NCBI GenBank assembly: GCA_964036045.1
Contig: OZ038378.1
Location: 141,732,001-141,796,000 of the forward strand
Direction of reading: 5' to 3'
Origin: Eutreptiella sp. 'Long Island Sound 2002'
Lineage: Eukaryota > Protista > Euglenida
Length of the DNA stretch: 64,000 bases
The first letter of the stretch is position 1. Each line of letters opens with the position of its first letter. A program made the position numbers and the translations under genes. Below are positions 37,351 to 51,000 of the stretch, in pieces. The notes below the pieces were generated by a model, which did no database searches, was not told the DNA's origin, and saw only the letters and a program-made list of their open reading frames with translations.

Positions 37351-38924
37351 GGAATCAAGGTTGAGTTCCAAGAGAAAGGAGTCCTGGAATCGTATGACAG
37401 AGGAGATTCTGCTGAAGCTTTCAACGAGATCCACATATGCCCTTGGCTTGTTTTAGCATTACTCCCTTTACCATCACTACATCTTTCGGTTGCCAAGTTA
37501 AGGGTGCCACCTGCGAGGTGCATATGGTGTGAATTCAGCAACTTCTAGGTCGAAGATTGTTCTGGTCCAACGGCCACATGTAGTGATGCCAGTCTGGTTG
37601 AAACCCCAGTCATGCCACTTGCATCATAATAGCAATATGTGGTAATGCAGCATCTGATTGCAGATGGGAAATCTGCTTGTGTTGGCCAATGTGTTGTTGT
37701 GTCTACAGCATTCTATCCAACAGGGTTCAGCCCAAGGCAAGATATGACGCCAAATGCTCAGTAGGTGTACTTTGAATGCACATGATTTGTTCCAAGGATG
37801 CATCACTATATTGCAGAGTTGCAAATTTCCAGTGCTATTGAACGACTGCCATTCAGGGATGGATATAATTGGCGCCACTTTGGCGGTCCGGGTTGGGGGG
37901 GGGGGGGGTTGTGACTGGTCACAAAATCACTGAAGAGCCATAGTGGAAAGTGCAGACCCTGGGAATATTGTGAAAAAAAAGGGGGGGTCTACGGTAAAAT
38001 GTAACGTCACATCCACTTGGAAACAACTCCGATTGCAGTGTTCAGTTTTGTTGGAGTGTTTGCATTAATTGCTATTAATTGCTGTTGCACTGCAGACTAT
38101 TGTGACTGCTGGTATTGCTGCACTGTTTGTATAATGTGTTGTTGGAGGCGTTGTTGTTCCTGATTTGTCACAATGGGCCCAAAAAACGATTCCTTGCCAT
38201 TGCAATCCACGTTGCAAGAGTGATGCCGCATGCCAGTAGTTCCAGTAGTTCCAGCTACAGTGAGCAAGACAACGCCATCCATGTGAGCGACGACAGTGAA
38301 CAACTTTGTTGCTGCAGGTTCTGATGCATCCACACGCCCAGTGCCTGCCAAATGCTCCTGCCTTGTGTCAGACCCACCCCCTGTGTACACATATGGGCTG
38401 GAGGCTGCCCTAAACTGCTGGCTTTTGGACACTGTTTGCGTGACCATTTTTCGTGACATTTTTGTGAGACGAAAGAGAGGGGGAAGGGGCCCAGACCCCC
38501 CCCCCCTGTTGTATCCATCACTGCTACTGTTTGCAATACAGACCTGAAGGAGGGCTGGAAAAGGACAGGTGTCCATTGCGAAAGAAGTAGGATTGAAGCA
38601 AATCTGTAATTGGCATGTTGTGGTGATTAGCAATGGCGAATGACAGAGCATGGCAGATATATGATCGGACTGTGTCCTGTATATGGCTGTGCTGGGGGTT
38701 GCCCGTGTTGGCCACCAAAAGACTTGCTTTCATTTGACGGCACTGTTGACGTACAGGGTGATGTCAAGCACCCTTCAACCCACTCCTGGACCAAATAAAC
38801 CAACCGACTACCCTTTGTCGTTTGCTGTGTCCACTGCCAACATGACCAGCCTAGTCGCCCTCCCGTCAAAGGACCTCCTGCACAATCCATGCCCTCATAG
38901 TTGGTACCACAGCCAACATCACCG

Positions 38925-39055
38925 CTCTGAGGATTCCTCTAGGCCAATGAGGATTCCTCTGGGCCATTGGGCATTCCTCTGGGCAGGCCATTGAGGGTTC
39001 ATCTAGGCTTTTGACGATTCCTCTAGGCCAATGAGGATTCCTCTGGGCCATTGGG
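38925..39055. repeat. Short tandem repeat (GATTCCTCT[A/G]GGCCA units)
   Basis: Five to six copies read directly. Confidence 0.85.
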
Positions 39056-41019
39056 GGAGTGTTAGCATGCTGGGCATCCTTTTGGGCTAGTTCCCCCCAC
39101 CCATGACCATTTTCGACCACCTCCCTGCTTTGCCTCACCCCATATCCAGACCAAGCAATCCACAAATTGAGTGGCCCCTTGAGTGGAATATGGATTCCCA
39201 ATCCACGAATATCTGTGGCCCCTTGAGTTAGGTATATGCAGAGGTTTTCGCGGCTGCACCTTGACAAACAAGCTCAGAAGCGGAGTTCATCTGCACCACT
39301 GCCGCAGCCAAAGGGCAACGTGCCCTTTGTCAAGTTGGGAAGGAATGCCTCCCTTCCAGGACAATACGCAGCACAAAGGGAAACAAACACACAAAACCCG
39401 GCAGTAGTCAACTTGTTCGGAGGCTCAACCAACAGTTGCTGGGGGGACTGATGGTGGAGCAGGGCGGTGTTTCAAGGTGGTCTGTGAAAGAAAGAAAAGA
39501 AACTGTGGCCTTACAAGGTAGCCCTTGCTGTCCCCTACCCCTCAGCTCAAGCAGGCATTCCAAGAGATTGTATAAAGGGCAGACTGGGAGGATTTCAATA
39601 TACATGTCGCGATTGGGAATCAACCTGTATGTCATTTATGTGGTCTTTGTCCTGCCAACGCTGGTGGGGACAGTATGCAGTGGTTGAGCATGGGGATACC
39701 ACCTTAGATGTGCATTGTGACTCTGCTCCTGGCGGGTTCTTGATGTGGGGACACTGCCCTGTGTACTGTTGTGAGAACACCGCCGGCTGATGTTGTGCTG
39801 CACCGATAAAATCAAAATGAAAAGAACCTGATCAGGATTTAGCTTTACACAAAGAAATGCACAGGAGGCCTTCTGCATCATCCTGTCCCCTAATGGGATG
39901 TGGAGGACAAACCAACAAAATGTGCAGAGGGGAGTTGAAGATAAAAAAATTACCTCAACAAAGCGTTCGCCCACCAGCAAATGTTCTCCGTTGTCCACAA
40001 ACTGCTGTCAATCAACCATTACCACCATCCGCCGTCAATTAACATCAATAGCCGTCACCCAACTGTTAACGCAATACGGGCTCTAACACACATTCATTGA
40101 CACGGACCAGGGGGGGAAACAGCTCCAAAAAAAAAAGGCGTTGCCCTGTACATGCACACTTTGGCTACATGGGTCTTCCTGGGAATAGCAGCCCATGTAT
40201 TGTGGAAGGAAGGGCCAATCGTGTGGCATCGTTGACCACCAACCTGCGGGTTAGGGCGGTGATTCGCTTCGGTATGCTGTGAAGAGATGGATACGATGTC
40301 GCGACGTAGACCTCAAATGCGTGTGCCGTTGCACAGCAAACACGCAGACGCTCGCTGTGCCATACCCCTTTACTTGTCCTTTGGCAAGAAATCAGGGTGT
40401 CATGCCTCAGACTACTGGTTAGCCCTCCACCCCCCACCCCCAACACATAGCTCCACAAGCCTGAGAGCAGAGCTCAAGCAGCGGATTCAGGCGAGAACCG
40501 TGTGCCCCGGCCCAGGCTCACCCCAGGGCCTCGGGCCGGGGGTCATGGTCATGCATGCGCCGGCAGCGGCAGGAGATCACTTGTGTGCCAAGGGGAATAC
40601 CAGCACCAAGGCCCCACCTCGCGGGCCCCTGCCCATACGTGTGCATGGCCCAGGGCACACTGCAATGCGGACACCCCCCAAGTTCATGGCTAGCGATTAG
40701 TGGCAGCTGCACAGCCGCAGTCCCTTTTTCCTGTCGGGGCCTGTGCCTGTGCGTGTGACTGTGCGTGGCTGCATTCGTGGGGCTCACTCCGATAGAACCA
40801 ACGCGCAAATGTGCCGGTCCGTGTGCATGCGCATCCGGTGCACGTTTTCTGTTGGGGGGCACCCCATCGGCAACCGACGCACGGAGGCCGGATTCGCGGC
40901 CAAACACGACCATCCACCGCCAGTACTCCCATCCCAAAGCCCCCGCTACGCCCCAAGGGACTGACAGACAGCCAGGGCCACGGACACACGGAAATTGGAT
41001 CATCAAACCGACGACTTTG

Positions 41020-41122
41020 TACGCCTCGGGATCTCACAGCGGGGGCACACCGCACACGACCACAGGCACATGGGCGCGCAACGCCGTGCACAACGGTCGG
41101 GGGCACAGAGGCAACGGCCGCG
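41020..41122. repeat. Dispersed repeat (second copy at about 58222-58326), followed by (CAC)n at about 41148-41217
   Basis: Shared GATCTCACAGCGGGGGCACACCGCACACGACC..GGGGCACAGAGGCAACGGCCGCG. Confidence 0.9.
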
Positions 41123-41961
41123 GGCCCTCCCCGCACCCCCTTCCCCTCACCACCACCACCACCACCACCACCACCACCACCACCACCACCACCACCACCA
41201 CCACCACCACCACCACCGAGGTTTCCCACCCCCACCCCAATCCCGTGTAAACCAGCAAAGGGGACGCAGCCTCTGCAGGCACACAAGATGTCGGAGGACC
41301 GCTCAGACCGCAGTGACAATCAGAATGCCATTCCAGCGGCGGCGGACGCTGTTGCGCTGTGCGTTGCGGGGGCGGCGTCAGGCCGCGGAATAAGGGACGG
41401 GGCGGGGCCACGGCGCCCGACCCCCCACCCACCCACCCACCCACCCCGAAAACACCGGGTATTTCGGGGTTTGGTCGCGGGCCAACGCGGAAAGAAAGGG
41501 CAGGCCCACAGTGGCCCTTGTGTGTCCGCGTGTGTTTGGCCCGTTTGTCCCTCACAAAAGACAGAACATTGGAAAAGGACAAGCCCAAAACTTAGACGAA
41601 TCCCGGAATCCGAAGGGTGCACACAAACCAGCGGCCCCGAGCGGAAACGGAAAAAAAAATGCGCATCCCGCAAATCCGCTGTGGCCGCCACCGCCGTCAC
41701 AGACGCCGTCGACGAGCATCAGACGCCACCGATCGCGTCCAAGTGCCGGTACCCTCCGACGGCCCCAGACCGCCCGCCGAGGCAGCAGCCGTGCCCAGGG
41801 CCTCTTCAAAGGCCCGTCCTTCCCCAAACAGAAAGAGCCTAGTGCCTCGGGGCCCCTGCGACCGCTCACCCCCACGCCATCGCAGGCAATGCCTCCCCCA
41901 ACTCTCGAGGGCTCCCGGCATTGGACCAGGAAGCCGATGCACAAGAGGAGAGGGACGCTAC

Positions 41962-42072
41962 TCATCCGGAGTTATCGCCCAAAAACTTGAGCTGCTGCAC
42001 GAACTCCTCCGCACAGAACAGCTCCGTGCTGCCGTACACCACGTGCTTGCCCTTCTGCACCTTCTCCCAGTC
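41962..42072 (-). CDS. SLY1: SLY1 last exon
   Basis: ttgcag|[42 protein letters not shown]. Confidence 0.95.
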   Translation of the reverse strand, partial: DWEKVQKGKHVVYGSTELFCAEEFVQQLKFLGDNSG

Positions 42073-45000
42073 CTGCAATGCAAACACCGTCACAGGCAGT
42101 GCCAAAGGAAAGAAGAGGACACGTGAACTGCACGGCCAACTCGGAGCCAACCAACGGACTGTCACGATGTTCGCAAATCGAGGGATCGGTGGTCTCTAAA
42201 CGGGCATGGCACAACAGAACCAGCCGTGCCACAACGTGCGCCAACAAAAAACTCAATACGACGCAACAGAATGTGTGTGGCCCACAGGACGGACCATTGT
42301 ATATTTCATTGGCGATCTGGCTTCATGACTAATCAAATGCACAACTGCTCTCTCTCCCTCTCTCCGTTTGTGTTTGTGGGCTCTGCAGTTGGGGGGCATC
42401 AGAGGGATACATCAACATGGGCCATCAGGGTCAGGGGCATTGCAGGTGCTTTGCTCATGTCCTGGCTGGTGGCACGGGGCATCCAGCAGATCCAGGTCAC
42501 TGTGCCCCCCCCCCCCCCCTCCTTTGGTGCATTCTACAAATCCAAAACATTGTTGCAATCTACTCTGGCCCCAAATTCTGGACTACAACACTTCTACATT
42601 GGAACAAAATGAATGAGAACACTTCCAAATCACCTTTTACGACCGCTTTGGTGATTTCTGCAATGGGGTGGTAACGCGGTAGTCCCTCAACTTGCATCTC
42701 CGTGGGGCATGTGTTGGGTCACTGTTGATCTGTCACGTTGGGCCCCCAACGAGGGCCCACAAAGCGTTGCGCTTGCGCTCCACCACCCCGTGAGCGCCAT
42801 GCCGCCCCAATGATGTTGACCCCCCTCTTGGCGGAGTTGGGCCGCCATGATGATACGGCGGGGGCTTGTCTAGCATGGCAGGTGTTATCCAGCCCATTGG
42901 CACATCCTCCATTCAACGGGGCATGTGTGAACCGGGGATGTGGCTGGGGACGTGGCTAAGGCGGCTGTGGATGCCCAATCCCTCCTTCAACCCACCGCCA
43001 TGTGGGAGCTCATGCTCAACCGATGAGCTTCTGAGGCAGCGCGGCTCATCCCCATCAGTCACTTCCCTTGCCCCATCTGCGCCCACGCTGGCCTCCAAAA
43101 GCAGGCGAGGGAGTGACTAGAGTTGGACCCACCAATGGCAACTGCCACAGCCAATGCAACTGGGATTTCCCAGCCTATTCGCTTTTGGGCCAACTGTATT
43201 GTCCACCAGCTTGGGTTGCTACTCCGGACAATTTGACAACCCGGAAAAAGTGTCCCAAGGCCTATGAACACAAAAATGTACTAAAAATGCTGATAGGTGG
43301 AGCCAAGCAACGTGATGGTCTTGCATAAATTGCAAACCTCAAACAAATACACCTCACTGCACATCCATTTACACACCTTTCGGGGAGGAGGACGCAAACG
43401 CAAGCCGGCACCAGGCGCAGCACACATCAGCAGCTGGGTGTCCCTGCCAAGGGGCCTCCCCGCGAGGAGCCTGCATGGTCGTGCTGCACCCCACGCGCAC
43501 GGTAGTGCCCGCCACAAGGGTGGCAACAGGGCCGTGATTAGCCCACCGTATGTGGGGCAGGCGGCATCGTGCGGAAATGCGGAACCCTCGCATGGGGGGG
43601 ATGGGGGCATGGGACAAGGGCAGGGGCGCGCGCACAAGGGAAGGGGCAGCACATCAAGGCAGGAAACAGGAGCCACACCAGGACGGACAAGAGGGACCGC
43701 ACCGGATAGGCAAAGAGCGTGCGGGAACGGACGCGTGTGTGCCCAAAGGCATACCTTCAGGTTCTGGTATTCCATGTAATTTCCTCCACCCACCATAAAA
43801 ACGATGGCATGAGTGAACTTGAATTGTGATACATCGATTTTGGTACCTGCATCATGGGGCAGTGCCGCCTTCAGAGCGGTGCCAGTGCCGGCCAAGGTGC
43901 ATCAGATGAACGAGTGCATGCAATATCCACTATCCGTGCTATGAGACAACCTTCAAGGTGCTTGGACACATCGTAGTTGATTTGAAGAGGTGCGCAGAGG
44001 TGGATCAGGCTTTTTGCGCCAAGTGCGCACAGGGGGGGAGGGGTTCGCCCGGAGACATTTCGCCGCGGATAATTTCGCCAAGGGAAAATTTCGCCACCCT
44101 TGAACTCCCCAAAGCTCTCAGAGGACACAATCCCTGCAGCTGTGGCGAAGGATGGAACTATTCCGCCAAAATTCGATTGCCTTTGGCAAGGCACCTCGAA
44201 GAGGGGAGAGGGACAACCATTCTTGAACTGCCGAGGCTGGAAAACTGCATAAGCAAGTTGTGCCCTAGACCCCTTGGGACCCCCCAAAAACCCAAATGGT
44301 GTGAAAACCAAATAAGAAGGGGCTAAAACATGCTTTACATAGGATATTTGATCATTTTGGATGGTCAAAGTATCAAAAAAATCAGTTTCGGAAATTTCCA
44401 TTTTTCAGTTGCCGAGGCTGGAAAACTGCATAAGCAAGTTGTACCCTAGACCCCTTGGGAGCCCCCCCCCCCCCCACACCCAAATAGTATGAAAAACACA
44501 CAAAGAGGGTCTAAAATGTGCTTTACATAGCATATTTCATCATTGTATGTGGTCACAATATGCAAAATTTTCCATTTTTGACCTGTAGAGGGTCGAAAAC
44601 TGCCTGAGCAGTTTGTGCACACACCAAATGCCAATGAAACACAAACCTTTCATGAAACCCTTTCGTTGCCCCTAGGATGGGTTTGGGTGATCATTTGGTG
44701 ACAATATGGGTACCTGAGCACCCATGGGGACCCACGTAGTGGCCGCTAGGCCTATGTAGCCTGTGCCATGGGCCCTCTGAAAGCCCCAAAATCGCTGTTG
44801 CGTAGGCTGTTTAGTGACACTTGAAAGTTTTTCATATTTCCACTTTTTCCGAAACCCTTTCGTTGCCCCTAGGATGGGTTCGGGTGATCATTTGGTGACA
44901 AGACGAGTGCTTGAGCACCCATGGGGGCCCACGTAGTGGCCACTGGGCCCATCTAGCCCGAGCCATGGGCCCCCCAAAAGCTTCAAAATTGCAGTTTATC

Positions 45001-48000
45001 TAGCGTGGAAACAGCCAAGTCCTCACTGGCAAGGGGCCATATGGGGGGGGGGGGGCGACTGGGGGTACCCAGAGTCGGGACCTGGGAACCCCGCCAAGGG
45101 TTAGGGGGTCCATGTACAAGAAAAAAGTTCTTCGGGACCCAGGTCCAAATGCACACACGGCGGCCACAATACACAAAGAAGTTTTGACCCCCCCCCCATC
45201 CCCCAAAAAAGGGGTACCCAGGTGCTGGGGGGTACGGGGGTCAAAATCCAAAAAATCATTGGGGGGTCATTTTTGGTCCTAAAATGATGATTTTACAAGG
45301 GGTTAAAAGTCAGAAACCATACATTGGGGTATGCTACGCGAACGACCCCAAAAAAAGGGGGGGTGTACGACGCGCGCGCCTGCGCTTGATCTAACAGCCT
45401 CTCTTCGGGGTGATGTCGCCCGAGGGAAGTTTCGCCACCTTTCTTAACGGCGAAATCCCCCCCCCCAATAATGGCCTCAGGGCCACTTGCGTACGACATC
45501 TGGGGGGGACACACGGAAAATAGAAATAGAACTGCAGCGAAGGGGCGGTGCGGATGCAGAAAAAAAAAGCATACAACAACGACACACACACACCACTGCA
45601 CACACTACTACGCCCACCCACAGCACCGCACACTTAGTACACATCACTACGGACACCACTGCACCTAAACGCCCCAACGCGAACACTGCTACACCCGCAC
45701 ACATCACCGCACACACGGCGATGCCCGCACGTCACTACACCCACGCATCATTGCACAAACTGCCACACCGGCGCACACCACTTTGCGCCTTATTGTGCCC
45801 GCTCACATCACCGCACACACACCACCATGTTAACACACGTTGTAGCACACAGTACTACAGCCACAAGTCACTACGGCCACACATCGCCACGCAATGCGCC
45901 CCCACACGCCACTATGGGGGCGTTTTCGCACAGCGCGGGCACAGCGCCAATTATTACATTGTTTGTCCCGGGAACACCCCTGAAAACCACCCACCTACAG
46001 AAGCGTGCATGATCCATTCAAAACAGCATCGGGGTTGCAGAATTCAGGACCCTGGGACCCGTGGCTGCCGGTGGTGAAAAACAGCCGACTTTTCGCACAG
46101 CGCGCACACAGCGCACGGTGCGGCCCTGACGCCCATACACATGACTGCACACACTACTACGCCGACACACATCACTGGGGGTACGTCAGGAACCGGAGCG
46201 GAGTCGTAATGCTGACGTCGCCCCGAACCCTAAACTGGCGCGGTCCTACGTCCCCCTCTGCGCACGCGGGCACACGCAACGGAGGAGGCTAGAACAGGGG
46301 AGAGGCCCTACCATGATGCTGAAGCCGGGATCGGCCCACAGGGGGGCCACCTTCCCACACCGCCGCAGATCGGTGTCCAGTGGGGCGGGCCGGGCAGGGA
46401 CCATGGGGTTGGTCGCGGGGCTGGAGCGTCGCATCTCCCCCTCCTCCTCCTCCTTCTATGCCCACAGTCCTCACTGCAATGCACCCATGCATCACTACAC
46501 CCATACAGATCACTGCACACAATATCACGTCCACACAAGAACAACACTGCGCCACTACATGACGGCACACACTGCTATGCCACCACACACTACTGCACGC
46601 ATTACTCCCCCCCGTGCACGTCACTGCACACGCTACTATGCCAGCACACAATACTACACACGCTACTACGTCCACACATACACCCACACATCACTGCGCA
46701 CAACACCGTACACCCCCCCCCTGCACGACCCCCAGAGTGCGCTGTATGATAGACAGGGCGCAGACCTGTCTTTGGGTCATGGCAATACAGCGTCTCCGTC
46801 ATCTTCTTGCGGGCCTCTTTGGATGTGGAAGATGAAGATGGGTCCTGCAGTATGGCGTCCACCATCCTGAGATATTGCAGGGGGCTTCGGCACGAGAGTG
46901 CCTGCTGAGCGCGGAACAGAGCCACGCACCCGGTTTGATGGTGTGCCCACGTGTGACCTATGCGATGCCTATGCATTCAACAACATGTGCTTGCGGTGCA
47001 TTCTCCACCACATCCACATGTTTGTTTGCCTTATCTTTGCTTTCTTGCGGTGGCTTTACACCCATGTCAGCTGCAGCTGTACACGAGTGTCACCCAACCC
47101 GTGTCACCCACCAAACTCAACATGTACCCAGTCCCCATTCCCCAGTCTACCACTTTTTCGCCAGCTGCACTATTGGGGGATTTCTGGGGAGGCCACGCGG
47201 TCGAAGCACAACGCTGCCAATCATACCATCCCATTGCTCTGCGGTGAAGGAGGTGCCCTCACTCGGCAACCGGGTGGGCGGAGAAGGCTTGGGGTTGTAA
47301 TCAGGGTGTTGCTTCACCACCGGGGGGGGGGGGGGTGATTCACCCACCCAAACAAAACCAAAAAGTTATCCTCGAGGGAACAATGCAATTGTGAATAGAG
47401 AGCCCAAAATGAGAGGCCCATTTTCGGTAGACAAACTTTTTTTGCCGGCATACCCCCCCCCCCGTAGGGTAGGCCGCCCACTGATCAAAACCCTGATTGT
47501 ACTGGAGCACTTGCTCCTTCTGATCTTGAACAATGCCGCACGTGTGATGTGGATCATGTACCTGCCGGAACCGCGAGAGAGCCCACCCCAGGGCGTGCAT
47601 ACTTCAATGCCCCCCGGAGTGAGGCATAATGCCCCCCGGAGTGAGGCATCGCGCCCTCACCAGAACAGTCAGAGAGGGGGTTGGGCAGCCGGGCAGGGGC
47701 GGGAGGCCAATTGCACACAAACCTGGTCAGCGGCAGCAACACCTCCTCCTTCGACTTGAAACTCGCCTCCAGTTGCGTGCGGGCCTTCTTGAGGTTGTCG
47801 GTGAGGGTGGCCCCGAACCCCATCAGCGTCTTGGACAGCGCCGTCTCCCCTGAAGCGCCGGGGAGGGTCGAGGCGGTGGGTGGACCGGGTGCCACAGGGG
47901 GGCAACTACAATCGGTCATGATGCGACCCACCCCCCAGCTATCTGTCAAAAATTGCGGGGGGGGGGGGGGGTATTAGCAGCTCGGCCGGGGGGGGGGGTC

Positions 48001-51000
48001 CCAAGCGCAACCCACTACTACCACATGCATACCTCAAGGGGGTGTGTGTGTCTGGGGGTATGGGGGTATAGAGGTATGTATGCGATAACAGCCATATCTT
48101 GTCTTTGCCGGGAAGAAAGTCTTAAGGGTCTTAAGGACTAAAGGCATAGTACCCCATTCAACTCAGCATGGGACAAAAAATTTGGCGCCGTTGGCGCCAT
48201 GGCCCCCGCACCGCTATCCTTCAAAACTCGGGGCAGGGGGGGGGGGCTGGGGGGGGGGGGGGTCGCATACAATGACCGGGCCCGGCTGCCCCCCCCCCCC
48301 GTGGCGGGTGCGGAGGGGGAGGCGGCGAGGCGGCGCAGTGACCTCCCTTCGTCGCATCGCGCGCACATTTCCGCGGCATGAGACCCTTGAGATGGTCTCT
48401 GCCCAGAAGCCCACCAAATCACTGCAACAGCGAACCCGTTTTTTGGGGGGGTTGCTTGACCTCCCGCGAGGACTGGCCGTACGTGGCCACAAGGGCAGAG
48501 ATGTGCTGTGCACAGGCCTCAGAGGCGGGGGCACGGGTGCGGAGGCAGATTCCCAGTCCGCAAGGCAGAGAGAGGCCGTCCCCCGGGGGCGGTGGTCGAT
48601 CGCAGACGGTAGCGGATCGGAGTCGTCGCCCGGGAAGAGGCGTCTCCGGACGGCGTTGGTGCGGGTGCTGCCCCTGGGCCACTGCGTGGCAGTGCATGTG
48701 GGAGTGCCGCCGCGGGTGGAACCCCCTGGTCATGGCTCACCTCCGCGGGGGGCCTCGGATGGCGGGTTGTGCATTCAGACACTTGTGGGTCAGCACTGGA
48801 TCTGAAGAAGGGCAGCATCACCGGCGTGTGATCATGGGGCTGACCCGGGGCTGTCTGGAGGCAGTGCGGGCCCTTCGGATACTTCCGGACCAACGGGCTG
48901 CGGGGGGAAGGTCTGCTGACTGCCGCTGACCTCATCGGCCGGGAGTAGGAGTGCTGAGCCTTCAGACAACCCGAATACAGGGCTGTCCTCAAGGGGGGGG
49001 GGGTAACGCCAACAGAAATGAACTTTCACGGGGACGCTCTCTGCTTCCTGGTCATGGGACCTTCTCGACAGAAGAGGTTGGCGGTTGGCGGTTGGTGGCG
49101 GTTGGCAGCGGTTGGCGAGTGGCGGTTGGCGGTTGGTGGTGCCTGGGGGCTATCCTTAAGGGCTGTCCCAAGCAAAAAAAAAAAAAACTGGCTTCATAAG
49201 GACAGCCCTGCCCGAATGCGGACGTTGGTGCTGCTGAACGCCTCGCCCATCAATCCACTCCGACCAGCCCCCCTCCGCCGCCCCCCAGGCCCAGGGCCGA
49301 TGCGGTCCAGTGCAACGCGCACGGCCCAGACCGCCCCCAAAAGCGGGAGCACCAGCCGTGCCCTTGACACTTGCGACGGATCTCACGCGCTTGGGCCTGG
49401 CATCTGCGGCACAGGGCCCGCGGGGGCTGGCCCATGACCACCGTTGCCTTGCACTCGACCGACGGCGTGTTCGAGCGCATTGGGCCATGCGGCGGGAGGG
49501 GGCGGGGGAGGGGGCGTGCGTGGGACTGGACGTGGCGGTGGAGGAGGGGTGCGGGTGGGTGGAGGGGGGGCAAGGCGGTCACCTGCGCCCGCACGTGAGT
49601 TGCCGATGCTCGTCTTCGTGAAGGACCGCAGGCTTTTGAGGAAGGCAAAGGGGCTCATGTCGATTCCTGCGCGGCACACAAGGCCATGCGTGGGCGGAGA
49701 GGGGGAGGCCGGGACCACGGCCCCCGCGCGTGACTCGTGTCCGCTTCGCACGTCATCGCGTCACCGCCTTCCCCCCGGTGGACCCAAAACCGAAACTCGG
49801 GCCCCAACCCAAACCCAAACCCAAACCCAAACCCAAACCCCAAACCCAAACCCCAAACCCAAACCCAAACCCAAACCCAAGCCCAAGCCCAAGCCCAAGC
49901 CCAAGTTCACAACCCACACCAAAGCCCACCCCCATCCCCAAACTGAAAGTCAAACCCCAGCCCAAAAGCAAAACCACTCGGCGCCGCTGTCGGCCCGATC
50001 ATCAAGTCCCTGGCAAGCTGAGCGAGGGCTGTACACCGGTTGCCAGGGCCTGGGGTCAGATACATATCTCTGAGACGAAAGGCGTTTGAAGGCAGGGCCA
50101 GGCAGGAACTTCAACACCCCCTCGGACCGGGCCGGGGGGGGGGGGGGGGATGCGCTGAAGCGGCCGAGCTCATCCAGAAAGTTCCGTCGGAACTCGTCCC
50201 TAAGCTGCGCTGCACCAACGCCGAAGGTCGCCTTGAGTTTGTGCTGTGCACCATCGAATGTCCCGTGGCCCGGCCACGGGATCAGGTGCAGGTTGGGTGC
50301 GGGGTGGGGGGGGGGGGGGGATGAGGAGGGTTGACATGACGCCTGCAGTGGGAAGTGGTTGGGGAAGTGGTTGGGGAAGTGGTTGGGGAAGTGGTTGGGG
50401 AAGGGGTTGGGGAAGTGGTTATCGGAAGCTGGCGGCGCGCCTAATGGCCTCTCCCGGTTTACCCTTGACCTTTCCTCGAACCCTCTCCCTCCGTAGGCGG
50501 CGGTGCCCATCGGCCTCCCACTGCCTCACGCCCTCCCTCTCCCTGCCTGGCCTATATCGTCACCCCCCTGCACACCCTTCCTTCCCCTTGGGGGGTGGGG
50601 GGGACCTTGGTGCGCAAGCTTCCGCTCCCACTTGGAAAACTCCTTCTCTTCATCCGGCCCCACTTCCTCCGTCGCAAAGTAGTACACCAAAAAGAGACGA
50701 AGCTTGTCCAGATCGGTGCCCACTTTGCTCAGCAGCTCCTCGAACTTGGACTGCGCCATGCGGATGTGGGGCATCAACAGCCCCCCGCCCCCCCCCCCCA
50801 ACGCACGCACAGAAACACACATCCCCTGCCTTGCCACTGCCTGGGCCACACGCACACAGCGCATCAAGTACACACATTCCTGCCCAGGGGCCTGGCTCTT
50901 AATGCATACAATATTTCTGGGACCTCTGAAGCGCGTACAGGGGGGGTGGGGGATGCCAGGGGACAGTTTCGATGGGGGTAATTTCGGAAGGGGAATCCTG

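Noticed and set aside
38097-38360. Possible terminal exon after a CAG acceptor (EHLAGTGRVD..QQYQQSQ)
   Set aside because: Two frames are open, no recognisable domain or GC3 bias, and no partner exons were found.
40690-41842. Poly-Pro/His/Thr/Gly ORFs up to 343 aa
   Set aside because: Produced by the (CAC)n microsatellite and GC-rich repeats.
50040-50125. Candidate SLY1 exon ([14 protein letters not shown])
   Set aside because: The exon at 49583-49666 fits phase and homology; this segment does not.
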